From Paraspadella gotoi (taxonomy: Eukaryota > Animalia > Chaetognatha), in the NCBI GenBank assembly GCA_051294375.1, contig CM119264.1:12030263-12094262 (forward strand): a stretch of 64,000 nt of DNA, in the 5' to 3' direction. The translations under genes were made by a program, and so were the position numbers. The stretch's first letter is position 1, and every line of letters starts with the position of its first letter. Below the pieces are notes generated by a model. The model searched no databases, had not been told where the DNA came from, and was given only the letters and a program-made list of their open reading frames with translations. Positions 12,261-24,932 of the stretch are shown here, one piece after another.

Positions 12261-12693
12261 GTCTTTTATCTCCTATAGTTTTATGAATTCCTGAAGGCGG
12301 CGCTAGCAGTTCCTTAGATTTAAGGTTTTTTCTGTCTTAGCAAATGAGCAAAATTTAACGTAAGTGGGTCAGACCGACGGACCGACAGACCGACCGAGTT
12401 ACGCCGCGAGTACTAAAAATTGAGGATGAAAAAAAAAAGTATTGAGCTCGACGCCCGAGGAAAAAGGCTGCGAGTGCTCCTGATCCCCATGGGGCGCAGT
12501 TTGTTTCTTCGAATGGAGAGATACTCGTTTCTCTCTTTCCGATATTTTAGGTCCGAGCGATTCGCTATCGAACATCTGCGAATTATCGATGCTGTAAACT
12601 TCGGCTTTATTTAAGGTGCGGTGGTTGTCTTAAAACTTATAAACAAGTAGCTTTGCAACTGTTCTCGCTACGATTGAGCTGTCGCGAACGTTG

Positions 12694-13003
12694 TATAAAA
12701 TTAGTACAACCAATATAAAAATTATCCATTCATTTAATGAATAAGCTCTCTTGCCCCTGACTTTGGACAGGCTATGGTGATTAAAGGCCTGCATCCCTCT
12801 TACACGTTAATAACATAGCCTGTCCAAAGTCAGGGGCAAGATAGCTTATTTATTAAATGAATGGATAATTTTTATATTGGTTGTACCAATTTCATAGCAG
12901 GACCCTGTAAGCTTTCAATCAAGATTCTCTCACAGTCTTGTTTATTCACTCCCAGACTACCTGGCATCATTTTCAATAAAGTGGCGTAATATTTCAAATA
13001 AAG
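12694..13003 (-). mobile_element. Repeat family R1 copy with an internal inverted duplicate of its own 3' end (12814-12897)
   Basis: Reverse complement matches 52960-53160. An ~80 bp terminal segment (agcctgtccaaagtcaggggcaagatagc...ttggttgtaccaatttcat) is inserted in the opposite orientation between catagc direct repeats, giving a hairpin 12695-12776/12814-12897. Confidence 0.8.
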
Positions 13004-13825
13004 TTTTAATTGTGTAAAAGGACGACTCCCTTGAGAGAAAAAAAAATTGCGAAATCAAGCTCTTTCGACTTTTCTTTTCTCAAACGGACGGACCAACGGA
13101 AAAAAAATGGAAAGAGATGTTTACTCAACGTTCGCCTTCAGTTCTTCATCATTCCCTTATTTGGTATGGGTCCATCGCTTCCACACAAAACTCCGAGAAC
13201 CATCGCCAGTAATGGATGTATCCATTACGATTCAACACTCGCCGCTCCATCGCCCCGCCCCTAGCCCCCTCGGCTCCCCCCCCGATCAGGCTTCTCCTCC
13301 TCCACGCCCCAAAATATTTTCCCCTCTCCCCCTTCCTACCCCCATTCGCTCCCGGGCGAAAAAATCAAAAGGAAAGCCGCGGAAATATTTCGGAGTCGCG
13401 CGTACATCTCATTTGTGTTTTCGCGACAGAGGCGCGTTTTCAAGTGCGCTCCTTGTTTTGTATTTGTTTGGTTTTTTTGTTTTGTTTTGTTTTTTTTTTG
13501 TTTCACTTCGTTAATGTCGTTGAAGTCGTGAATTTTAAGATTTTTTGGTTTTGTTTCTATGCATTTTAACTTTTTCGTATTTCGTGACTGCAACCACATT
13601 TATAAGATGAGCAATTATCGATTTTATTTCATTATTTACACGAACGCTCGTTCTTTATTTAATTTTTTTTTCCTTTTTTTTTCGAAGAAATCAATAAAAG
13701 CGAAGCAGATGGCGTCTTATTCGATCAAAGCCGAACAAAATCGCGAACAGAATTGAATAAAAACGAGATGGAGACAGAGACGCCGATTCCGGTTCCGATT
13801 CCATCGCTTTCTGATGGAAGCGGCT

Positions 13826-13919
<94 letters not shown>

Positions 13920-14936
13920 CCTCTGTTTTTCTCTCTTTCTCTTTCTCTTTCTCTTCCCCAATATTCGAGTTTTTCTCTTACTTTGTTTTCCTGTCAGTTT
14001 TTCTTGATTTTCACCAATTTCTCAATGGAAGAGTACACTTTCCTCTTTGACTCAGGGACTCGCTCTCTTTCTTCGTTTCCTCTTTGTTTCTCTCTTTCTT
14101 TCATTTTTTTTCCTCTGGTTTGTTGTGGTATTGTTTTTGTTTGTCTGAAATGAAAATGTTTCGAAGACAGGAGAGAGATAAGCAACTTCGAAACAAAAAT
14201 GGATGGCAGCGAGAGAGACAGACTCTCATTCATCTTCTCTCTCTCTTTTTCTCTCAGCTCTCTTCTCTCTTCGCTCTCTCTTTTTTCTCTCTGTCTCTCT
14301 CGCCTGCCATCCATTTTTGTTTCCGAAGTTGCTTATACTCTCTCCTGTATCGAAACATTGTCATTCAGACAAACAAAACAATACCACACAAACCAGAGGA
14401 AAAAATGAAAGAAAGAGAGTAAACAAAGAGGAAACGAAGATAAGAGAGCGAGTCCCTGAGTCAAAGAGGAAGTGTACTCTTCATTGAGGAAAATTGTGTG
14501 AATAAATCAAGAAAACCTGACGGAAAAACAAAGTAGAGAAAAACTCGAATCATTGGGAAGAGAATAGGAAAGAGAAAGAGAGAAAAAACAGAGGACGAAG
14601 AAGAGAGAGGAAAGGAGAGACTGAAGGGAGAAGAGAAGAGAGGAGAGAGAGAGGATAGAGAGAGAAGAGTTGAGATAGATAGATCAGATAGATAGAAAGA
14701 TAGATAGATAGATAGCATAGATAGATACATAGATAGATAGATAGATAGATACGATAGATACATGATAGTGATAGATAGAGAGAGAGATAGATAGAGAGAA
14801 AGAGAGAGAGAGGAGAGATAAGAGAGAAAGAGAAACTAACGGGTTTTCCAGCTGAAATTTGTACAAAATCTTTTGATCTAATATGAGAGATCGATGAGAA
14901 AACTCATTGAAAAGAGAATAGCGATAGGTCGTTATA

Positions 14937-14985
<49 letters not shown>

Positions 14986-15839
14986 GAGAGAGAGAGAGAG
15001 AGAGCAGCCGCTTCCATCAGAAAGCGATGGAATCGGAGACCGGAATCGGCGTCTCTGATCTCCATCTCGTTTTTATTCAATTCTGTTCGCGATTTTTGTT
15101 CGGCTTTGATCGAATAGACGCCACTGCTTCGCTTTTATTGATTTCTCGAAAAAAAAAAGGGAAAAAAAAATTAAAATAAGACGAGCGTTCGTGTAATAAT
15201 CGAAATGAAAATCGATAATTGCTCATCTTATAAATGTAGGTTGCAAGTCACGAAATACACGAAAAAGTTCAAATGCATAGAAACAAAACCAAAAATCTTA
15301 AAATTCACGACTTCAACGACATTAACCGAAGGAAACAAAAAAAAAACAAAACAAAACAAAAAAACCAAACAAATACAAAACAAGGAGCGCACTTGAAAAC
15401 GCGCCTCTGTCGCGAAAACACAAATGAGATGTACGCGCGACTCCGAAATATTTCCGCGGCTTTCCTTTTGATTTTTTCGCCCGGGAGCGAATGGGGGTAG
15501 GAAGGGGGAGAGGGGAAAATATTTTGGGGCGTGGAGGAGGAGAAGCCTGATCGGGGGGGGAGCCGAGGGGGCTAGGGGCGGGGCGATGGAGCGGCGAGTG
15601 TTGAATCGTAATGGATACATCCATTACTGGCGATGGTTTCTCGGAGTTTTGTGTGGAAGCCGATGGACCCATACCAAATAAGGGAATGGATGAAGAACTG
15701 AAGGCGACACGTTGAGTACAACATCTCTTTCAGTTTTTTTTCCGTTGGTCGTCCGTTTGAGAAAAGAAAAGTCGAAATAGCTTGATTTCGCAATTTTTTT
15801 TTCTCTCAGTAGGGAGTCGTCCTTTTTACACAATTAAAA

Positions 15840-16150
15840 ACTTTATTTGAAATATTACGCCACTTTATTGAAAATGATGCCAGGTAGCTCTGGAGTGAAT
15901 AAACAAGACTGTGAGAAGACATCTTGATTGAAAGCTTACAGGGTCCTGCTATGAAATTGGTACAACCATATAAAAATTATCCATTCATTTAATTAAAATA
16001 AGCTATCTCTGCCTGACTTGGACAGGCTATGTTATTAACGTGTAAGAGGGATGCAGGCCTTTAATCACCATAGCCTCGTCCAAAGTCAGGGGCAAGAGAG
16101 CTTATTCATAAATGAATGTGATAATTTATATTGGTTGTACTACATTTTCT
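15840..16150 (+). mobile_element. Mirror copy of the 12694-13003 R1 element inside the large palindrome (probably redundant)
   Basis: Indel-rich reverse complement of 12694-13003. Confidence 0.6.
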
Positions 16151-17765
16151 ACAACGGTTCGCGAACAGCTCAATCGTAGCGAGAGCAGTGCAATAAGCTA
16201 CTTGTTTATAAGTTTTAAGACAACCACACGCACCTTAAATAAAGCCGACAGTTTACAGCATCGATATTCGCCAGATGTTCGATAGCGATCGCTCGGACCT
16301 AAATATCGGAAAGAGAGAAACGAGTATCTCTCCATTTCGAAGAAAAAAAACTGCGCCCCATGGGGATCAGGAAGCACTCGCAGCCTTTTTTCCTCGGGCG
16401 TCGAGCTCAATACTTTTTTTTTCATCCTCCAATTTTTAGTACTTCGCGGCGTAACTCGGTCGTCTGTCGGTCCCGTCGCGTCTGACCCACTCTACGTTTC
16501 AATTTTGCTCCATTTGCTAGACAGAAAAAAACCTTAATCTAAGGAGAGTGCTAGCGCCGCCTTCAGGAAATTCATATAAAAATATAGGAGATAAAAAGAC
16601 TTAAGCAAAGTTCGAAATTAGTTTCTTCCAACGATTTTATTTTGTATCGGACATGTTTCGACTTTCTTTTCGAGACTTTCATTTTTAGACTCGAAAAGAG
16701 AGTCGAAACATGTCCGTACAAAATAAAAATCGTTGAAGAACTGAATTTCGACTTTGCTTAAATCTCAACTCAACGAAACTGAAAGGACTAATACAAAAAG
16801 ATAAAAGACAAAAGTTTTGATGTATGCCATGTCATAAATATATCGGCAATAAAGTTTTTTTAGTCATGTCATAATTGTCAGATCATGTGATCAAAGAGAA
16901 ATACACGTGAAATAAAGTCATGCGCGCAACACTTTGGAAATACCGTTCTTGTTCTTTACTTTTAAGGGAGAAGACGGAAAAGTTCAATGAGTCAGGCCAG
17001 GAGAGCATCTATAATTTATAATTTTTAATTGATTCCTTAACTATTTCGATTAGACAACTTGGAACGATATATACTATAGATAAATTGACCAATGAGCTTT
17101 GAGCTTTTTTTCGTACCAAGAAACTCGATTCTTATTCCAGAACTTCAGCCGCGCGCCAAACTGCCTACTTTTGAGGTCGATGATTACGGCCGCGCTCTCG
17201 GACCGCCGCTCTGCGGGCACCAGCGCCTTCTCACCCCTGCAGCGGGGGCCGAACGCTAACGGTACCTGGGGCCTCGTTATTCGGTCGACCACGAAGATTC
17301 GACGAGATGAACCTCGCGACCTCGGAGACGATCTCTGAACTTGACAGGGGAGTCGGCGTCGCCGGCGTCGTTCGATGGCGCGCCGGTTACATATCGGGTC
17401 CAGAGCAACGGCGGTGGCATCTCTCAACGGTGTTGTGGATGCGGAAAAGCTTCATTGGGTCTAAGACAAAAGAAAGTGAAAGTTATACTAAAATCGCTAG
17501 TTTTCCGGATATTTTTTGTACCTATAGATGTCAAAAAATGACGATTTTGGTTGTTTCATAATATTATTAGACGCTTTAAGGTATGCGTTGTTTATGCTAG
17601 ACGGCTCACAATTTGGCCATCTTGAATATCGAATAACTTTTAGAGCGGTACAGGATCTTCCTTGGATGCATTTTTCGATGGCCAACCACAGGATGGAGAA
17701 GCGTCTTTTGATGGCGGCCGGCGGTTTTAATGCGTCGGGGGAAAGCGGGGGACATCAACGTCGTG

Positions 17766-17850
<85 letters not shown>

Positions 17851-18549
17851 NNNNNNNNNNNNNNNNNNNNNNNNNCAGAGAGAGACAGAGAGAGACAGAG
17901 AGAGAGAGAGTTAAACATACACATTACACAGCCAAACACTCAGTCAGAGGGGCGAAGGTCTATCAGTTAAACTTAAGGAGATTAAAATAACATATTTAAG
18001 TATACATTTCCTTTTTTTTCCACTTTTTCACAAAGAGACGATCGACATTAAAGACGTTGAAGATGCATTTGATTCGGATGTTCCTCTGATCAAGAAGCGA
18101 TTAAAGCAAAAAATGACGTCGACTCGAAAACGTTCTCAACGACAGAAGACGCCAGATGAAACGAACCATCGCCATCAACGATGCCATCACCATTAAGTTT
18201 TGAAAATTCTTGATTCTTGATGATCTTGCAGAAGGTCATCTTCTCCCAAAGGATTCGCAAAATTCTCTCCTTTCCCTGCCGTGACAAGGAAAATAACAGT
18301 TGGGTAAGTTTCTGACCTTGTCCAACGATGAGACCCTTATTTTCTTTATCCTTTTCCGCCCTCGAAGGAAAAAAAAATCACTTCGATCCCACGACGAACT
18401 CTGAAATCAAGATGAGGAAAAGTGGAAAATCCTCAGCATCATAATCCCCTGCATCATAATTTCTCTTCAGCGACGCAATATAATCCTTTCGCGACCTCGC
18501 CGACCTTTTCTTCACCATCTTTTTACCATTTTCACCCCTTTCTTCTTTT

Positions 18550-18735
18550 CTCACCACGCTTCCTTTAATTCTACCTTTTTTTTCCTCTTTCCTCTCACCA
18601 CACTTCCTCCAATTCTACTTTTTCTTTTCCTCTTTCCTCTCACCACGCTTCCTTTAATTCTACTTTTTCTACCTTTTCTACTTTTTCTACTTTTTCTACC
18701 TCTTACCTCTCACCACGCGTCCTCCAATTCTTTTC
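18550..18735. repeat. ~43 bp pyrimidine-rich minisatellite, about 4 units
   Basis: Repeated ctcaccacgcttcctttaattctac...cctctttcct. Confidence 0.85.
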
Positions 18736-20000
18736 TCTCTCCTCCTCACCCATTGATCGTCAGAAATGAATTAAGTCGATAAAATAATCGTCCTTCTAAA
18801 AATGTCAAGGGTCGAAATTCTTGTTTATCCATCCTCCTATTCGTTCTCTCAACACGACCCAATTATATTTTCGTTCCCGCCTTTCTCTCCACGTCTTTCC
18901 CTCCCTTAATTCATCTCGGTGGCTCCGCTACCCCGAGCTCTCTGCCCAGGATTCCGCGTGATCTCCCTCGTATTGGCACCGCAGCGGCGCCACGCGTCCT
19001 TTGGCTTAGAAAATTCCGATATTGGCGCCTTAGCACAGCATGTTGAGGCCGTTGCGGGCCCAATCCGCGCCTTCGCCCACTTCGGATCGGCAACAATCGA
19101 GAAGGTCATACATTTTATCTGACTGATTTATACGCTACTCGCCTACTCACGTCATGGAAAGATATTTAGTCGCACTAAGAGATGAATTTGTATTATAGGA
19201 ATGGTCCCTCTGGTGACGGAATGACGTATAAAACAATGGGATTATATATAACAAAAAAACATGTTGCTAAGAAGGCGGTCGGATATTGATATAGTTAAAT
19301 AGGTTTAGGTTACAACATAGGAAGAAATAGTTCTTCTTCCTAAGTCCTGAGGACGAAGTTGGGCTGTTAAATCAGTGACTAATTTAGAAAGAGAGAAAGA
19401 GAGAGACGAAATGGGCATGAGGGAGGGAAGGGCAAAACAAGGAGAGGGCACCGAAAGGGAGTAAGGAGGGCACCGGAGAGCGCGAGTCGAGAAAAAAAAC
19501 TACTATTTTTGCCCAAAAGTTTTGTTCAAACGACGTCATTAGCGTAAATTGCTGTCGACCGAAGCGACATCTCGATTCCGCTCAATAAATGACAACACAA
19601 ACACAAAATCCGCACAAAAAAAGATTAAAGTTTATGTTTACCAAAAAAAAAAAGGAAAAAAAAGAAGATGGAGAGAAATCGCCTCCGCGATTCGAAAGGG
19701 CGCGACCTCTTTGCGGAGGAGAGAGAAAAATATGAAAACAAAAGTCAAGGGAAGATTTTTCTCATGATTCTCATGATGCAGATAGTAATGATAAAGTATA
19801 ATGAAAAGAGAAATCAAATTTAAAGATTAATTTTTATCATGTTTTGACGTGTAGAATGAAGATAAAAGCAAATTGAAAAAAATGATGAAGAAAAGTAAAA
19901 CAGGAAAGGAGAGAAAGTGAAACTTGAATAGTTTTACAAGAAAAGAAAAACGAATATTTTAAGCAAAAAGGAAATGACGGAAATGGGCGAATAGAAGGTT

Positions 20001-20075
20001 TTTTCTGTCATGATCGGCTGATATCTTAATTCAATGGAGATTTTGTCACGATCGGCTGATGTCTTAATTCAATGG
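20001..20075. repeat. 38 bp tandem duplication
   Basis: tgtca(t/c)gatcggctgat(a/g)tcttaattcaatgg occurs twice. Confidence 0.85.
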
Positions 20076-20529
20076 CCATCGCGCCTCAACTTGATAATCG
20101 GAATTGAATTTTTGAGATTTTTGGTTCCGTTTTTAAAACAGAAAATTATCCCCTTAATCTTTTAATTTGAAAAAAAAAATTAATAATCGAAATTCGGAAA
20201 TTTTATTTTATATTTATTTTAGTATTATTTATAATCGCACCTCGTTACCCAGAGACTAATACATTGTGCATTTTGTACTTTTCCCTTCAAGTCACAACCA
20301 CTAGACGCCCAAGCTGTGTCGGAAAGGCAGTTCGGAAGAAGCAGAAATTTTATTTCATAAAGCTTTATTTACAAATAATCTTCGTGGTTAAAAAATCCAA
20401 GTTTTAGGAAGAAATAGAGCAGAAAGAATTGGGGAAACCTGGATTAGAAAAGCCGGTGCGATGCTTCGATCAAAAGTTAATTCAACCAAGAAATGCAAAA
20501 AAATTTCCGTCTTCATTCTCTCTCCGTCG

Positions 20530-20563
<34 letters not shown>

Positions 20564-23039
20564 TCTCTCTCTCTCTCTCTCTTCTTCCTTATCCCTTCCC
20601 GATTTATAAGTCGGCGAATAAAAAAGCTTCATGCGATTCAATCAATGTTATCTTGCGCACCGGTCCCTTTTCCATAATTCTCTCGTTCTCCACGTCTCTA
20701 CTTCTCTTCTGCCTTCATTTCGTCTCTCTCTAGCTCTCCCTCTTCTCATCTCTCTCTCTCTCTCTCGTCTCTTCTCTCTGCTCGTCTGCTTCCGCTTTCT
20801 CTGTCATCTCGTGAAATACTTTTGGCTGCTGGCATTATTTTTACTCCGGCATTTGCGTCTTTTTTTTTGTTGGCCTTCTCCCGAAATAAAACCGACGTTC
20901 CACTTCCGCGCGGGGAACTTTGATGCTCTCCTATTTTTTTATTACATTTTATTACATTCTATTAGTTTCACATCGAACCGGTATTTATACTTGCATTGTG
21001 AATGCGTCCACGGCGACTTATTTCCAAGCGGCGAATCGCGTTCCGTAAAACCTCTTCGTCGGGCGGGTTGATACCGGGGCCTTTATTAAAGGCTTTAACT
21101 TCGATGCCTTTTTGTTTGTTCTCTTTAGTTTCTTTTGGTGGCCCCGCCCATTTTCTGCCCACCACCAGAGCAGCGATCAACCTCACCGTACAAACTCGAC
21201 GGGAAAAGAAAATAGAGGAATGAAAACAGAAGTTTTAATATTCTTTAAAGAGAGGTAGGGAAAATAGGAAAGTAAAAGCAGATAAAAGTAGAGAAGAGAA
21301 AAGCAGATAAATGGATCTGCGCCGATGAGAAAATCTGATAATAGCGACAGATTCTGCAATCGGTTAATGTAAAATGAGATGGAGGTTTTTTTTCCTTCTT
21401 TTTTTTTTTCGTTGGTTCTATACTTTATTGAAAGGTAAGAGAGTAAGTAAGAAAGAAAGTAAGAAACTGCCACGGACGGAAGAACATATCCAATTTCAAA
21501 TATTTCTTAATTTTAGCGTTTGACTTTCGAATGGTTCATCGGGAGGGATGAGGGAAAAACTAAGGGAAAGACGACCATCACGAGTCACGACGTCAAAAGA
21601 ATTGAACAAATCAATTGGACGAGAGAAGCGACTTTGGGGAAAGTTGGAAGCCAGAGAGAGGGATACGAAAAGAGGAAGAAAAAAAAAACGAGAAGCAAAA
21701 AAAAAAAAACAAAAAAAAAAAACGAGAAGCAAAAAGAGCGAGCGAAGCCTCTTCGAGTCCATTAGGGCGTCGACTCGTGTTAGGGTTGACGAAAAAAGGG
21801 ACGGTCTTGGGATGTCGGGCCGTTTCGTAACAAACGCCGTGAAGAATAAATCGGAACATTTCGATGCGAAGCAACAGCAAAAGCCAGGTTGCAAGGCAAG
21901 ATAAAGCATGCCGCATTGCCGCATTATTTTGGTTAAGACATGCAGCCAGGATTCTCAAGGCTTTGATGTCTTACATTTAATCGGTCACATATAAAATTCG
22001 TGACGGAAATGGAATCACNNNNNNNNNNTTTGAAGTTGAATTGAATGACCCTTTTTCTTAAAAGCAAAACTCAAAAATAAAATACAACAAATATGCAAAC
22101 GAAAAAAAAACAAACTCGTTCCATCTTTCTCGTTCGCGTCTTCTTGTCTCGTCGAGCGACGAAGCGTTAACAACAAAAAGTCAAAAAGTTTGGAGAAAAA
22201 GGAAAAGGAAGAATGAGTCCTAAAGTGAATCGAACCGGAATAGACTTCGGGTTTAGGGTTCGTGAGGAAGATGGGCAAAATGATTAAGAGGGAGGGGGAA
22301 GGGGGAAAGGGATTCGTGACGCGTTTTGGGGAAAGACAAAAAAGGGGAAATTGGAAGTCAAGAGTTACTTTGAATTTCGCGGGGAAAAATCTTTTATCGC
22401 GGATTTTTGATTCTCGTTTTCCTTTCCGCTCAATTCATTTCTCAAAAAAAGTCTTCTCCTTCATGAAAAACAATATTAAATATATAAGAAATGCTTAATT
22501 TTTTTTTTTTTTTTGGAAATTTAAATTTTTAAAAAGTATTCTGATAAAAGTTAGTATTACAAATTTTAAAAAATTTAATTATAAATGGGTTTGAATTTAA
22601 AAAACCTTAACAAATCATCATCATTGGGTAAATTTGATAGTTTTTGTTTTTTGTTTTTTTAATGAAAAATCTACCCAAAATATTTTTTTAATATTATATA
22701 GTATTTTGATAATACAAAATAGCATCCATGTGTTTAACCATAAGATAAATCTAAATTTTTTTTTTCTTTTTATGATCTTTAATAAACATATTAACAATAT
22801 TTATACCGGACTTCTGTTAGTTTGTAACCTGTTCCGCCTTAGTGAGCATTTACATTTACTATGAAAAGAAAAAATATAGAAGCTAAATAAATTAGTTAAT
22901 TAATTAATTAATTATTTATCTGATCAGCTTCTTACCCCTTATGTTCGTGGGCAGATCCGGCATTGTTTTCTCAAATTTGTTTTTTTGCTTTTTTCCTTTT
23001 TCTTGTGATTATTTGCCTTTCTTTTCTCTACTTCCTTAC

Positions 23040-23525
23040 TTTCCTTTCTAAGATTCTTTTTCTTTCCTTCCTTTCATTCTCCCCTATCTCCTTTATTTCT
23101 TTCTCAGATTATTTTCCTTTCCTTCTGTTCTTCCTCCCCTTTCTCCTTTTTTCCTTTCTCAGATTCTTTTCCTTTCCTTTCATACATCCTCGCCTTTCAC
23201 CTTTTTTTCCTTTCTCAGATTCTTTTTCTTTCCTTCTTTTCTTCCTCCCCTTTCTCCTTTTTTCCTTTCTCAGATTCTTTTCCTTTCCTTTCATATATCC
23301 TCGCCTTTCACCTTTTTTTCCTTTCTCCGATTCTTTTTCTTTCCTTTTTTTCTTCACCTTTTTTTCTTTCTCAGATTCTTTTCCTTTCCTTTCATTCATC
23401 CTCGCCTTTCACCTTTTTTTCCTTTCTCAGATTCTTTTCCTTTCCTTCCTTTCATCCTCGCCTTTCACCTTTTTTTCCTTTCTCAGATTCTTTTCCTTTC
23501 CTTCTTTTCTTTCTCCCCTATCTCC
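23040..23525. repeat. ~50-56 bp pyrimidine-rich minisatellite with two alternating unit types
   Basis: Recurring ttcctttctcagattctttt, followed alternately by cttcctcccctttctcc or catcctcgcctttcacc. Confidence 0.9.
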
Positions 23526-24339
23526 TTTTTTCTCTTATCCTCAATCCTATGTTAAAAGCCGCGAATCGTTGGAGCGCGAAAGATAAACTCGCGAATCGAA
23601 TCTCGTCCTCCATCGTTAATCCCCTTTTTTTTTTAATCTCAAGCAAAAAGAATTTCCTCGTTTTAATACTGTTTTAATTCAAAATATAATTTGAGTGTAT
23701 TATTCATAAGCGGCGATTCAAAATGTAAAACGAGATTATTAAATGTTGATATTATGTTTATTTAATTCGCAGACGCTTTTACATAATTTATATTATAATG
23801 AAAAGTTAATTTGGGGAGAAATAATTTTTTCATCTGTTTTTGAAAATGAATTAATTTATCCACTCATTAATCATTATTCTCATTTTTATTTATTAAACAT
23901 TTTTTATCTAACGACGTCTCGCGATTGAGTAAAGATTTTTTTTAAATGTTATTATAATTCGCATGGTGTTTTGTTAAAAACCTCAAAAAAGTTGCCTCAA
24001 TTTTCAGTCTAAAAAAAGGTCTATGCTCTCAGGAATCATTAAATGAAATGAAAAGAGAAAACTGGCGAATAAACAAAAGGCTGAAAAGCTAAAATTCACT
24101 TCACCTCGTTCTTGCTGAAACACAAAGAAAAGAAAATCTTAGTTGATCTTCCCTAAATATTCATGTCCTCCATTGTTTTAGTTTTGTTTAGAAGGAATTT
24201 AACACTAAATTACACATTTTTAGTTTTTGTAGTGCAAAGCTGAAATTGTTGGAATAGATCTCATTTAATAAAAGTTTTGCGAGACTGATAATTAATCATT
24301 TTTATACGCTTAAAAGTATTCTTATAGAAGCAAAACTAT

Positions 24340-24822
24340 AACCCCGAGTCACGGATCAGGGCGTTGGAGATCGGCATTACAACAACTCAGCACGGTCTCG
24401 GGGTCTACAAACCTTCCCTCTCTCTCTCTCTCCTACTCTCTCTCCCTTTGTTATACCTGTTTTACTATTACCAATACATACTTACCCTACTTACCTCTTT
24501 TTCCTGATGAGAGCAACCAGGGGCAAGCATTATCAAAGCTTTGTTTGAAAGAAGTAACAACGCCACTGGGCTTCCCCTGGTTGCTGCAAGGTCGTGGGTT
24601 CGAACCCCACATTGGGCGCCACTCTGATGGTATGTATCTATCTATGGTAAGGCTCGAACTCTGCTCTAAGTAAGTATGTAATGGTAATAGGAAAACAAGT
24701 ATAACAAAGGGAGCAAGGGTACAAAAAAGGGGGAGAGGGAAGAGGGAAGGTTTGTAGACCCTGAGACCTAGGTGAGTTGTTGTCATGCCGATCTCCAAGA
24801 CCCTGATCCGTGTCTCGGGGTT
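24340..24822. mobile_element. Fold-back element with ~145-150 bp imperfect inverted arms and a tRNA-derived core
   Basis: 24340-24485 is inverted relative to 24670-24822, with about 8 substitutions and no indels over the outer ~79 nt. Inner hairpin agcaaccagggg-c-aagc / gctt-cccctggttgct spans 24512-24585. No TSD seen. Confidence 0.75.
24588..24621 (+). pseudogene. 3' fragment of tRNA-Lys(CUU): variable loop, T-arm, acceptor strand and CCA
   Basis: AAGGTCGTGGGTTCGAACCCCACATTGGGCGCCA matches the conserved metazoan tRNA-Lys(CUU) 3' end AGGGTCGTGGGTTCGAGCCCCACGTTGGGCG+CCA (recalled from memory) at 31/34. B-box GGTTCGAACC is present; no 5' half or A-box upstream. Confidence 0.7.
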
Positions 24823-24932
24823 GAGGTGGAGGGGACGACGAGAGGAGGAGGAGGCGGAGGCGTTGGGAGGGGGAAGAGAAGACCCGGGGGAGAGGAAGGT
24901 ATAATAAGGTATCAGAGGCAGCATAATAACAT

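Larger units (their letters stand above)
10840..17850. other. ~7 kb palindrome (arms 10840-14224 and 14290-17850), probable fold-back/gap-fill artefact
   Basis: The right arm is an indel-riddled reverse complement of the left arm, the turn is at a CT-rich stretch, and the structure ends at a 25-N gap. Confidence 0.85.

Noticed and set aside
14672-14795. (GATA)n microsatellite
   Set aside because: It occupies the position mirrored by a pure (CT)n tract in the left arm, so it is probably miscalled AG repeat.
24504-24590. Canonical hammerhead ribozyme starting at CTGATGA
   Set aside because: The stem is followed by GCAAG rather than GAAA, and no convincing stems I/III can be drawn.
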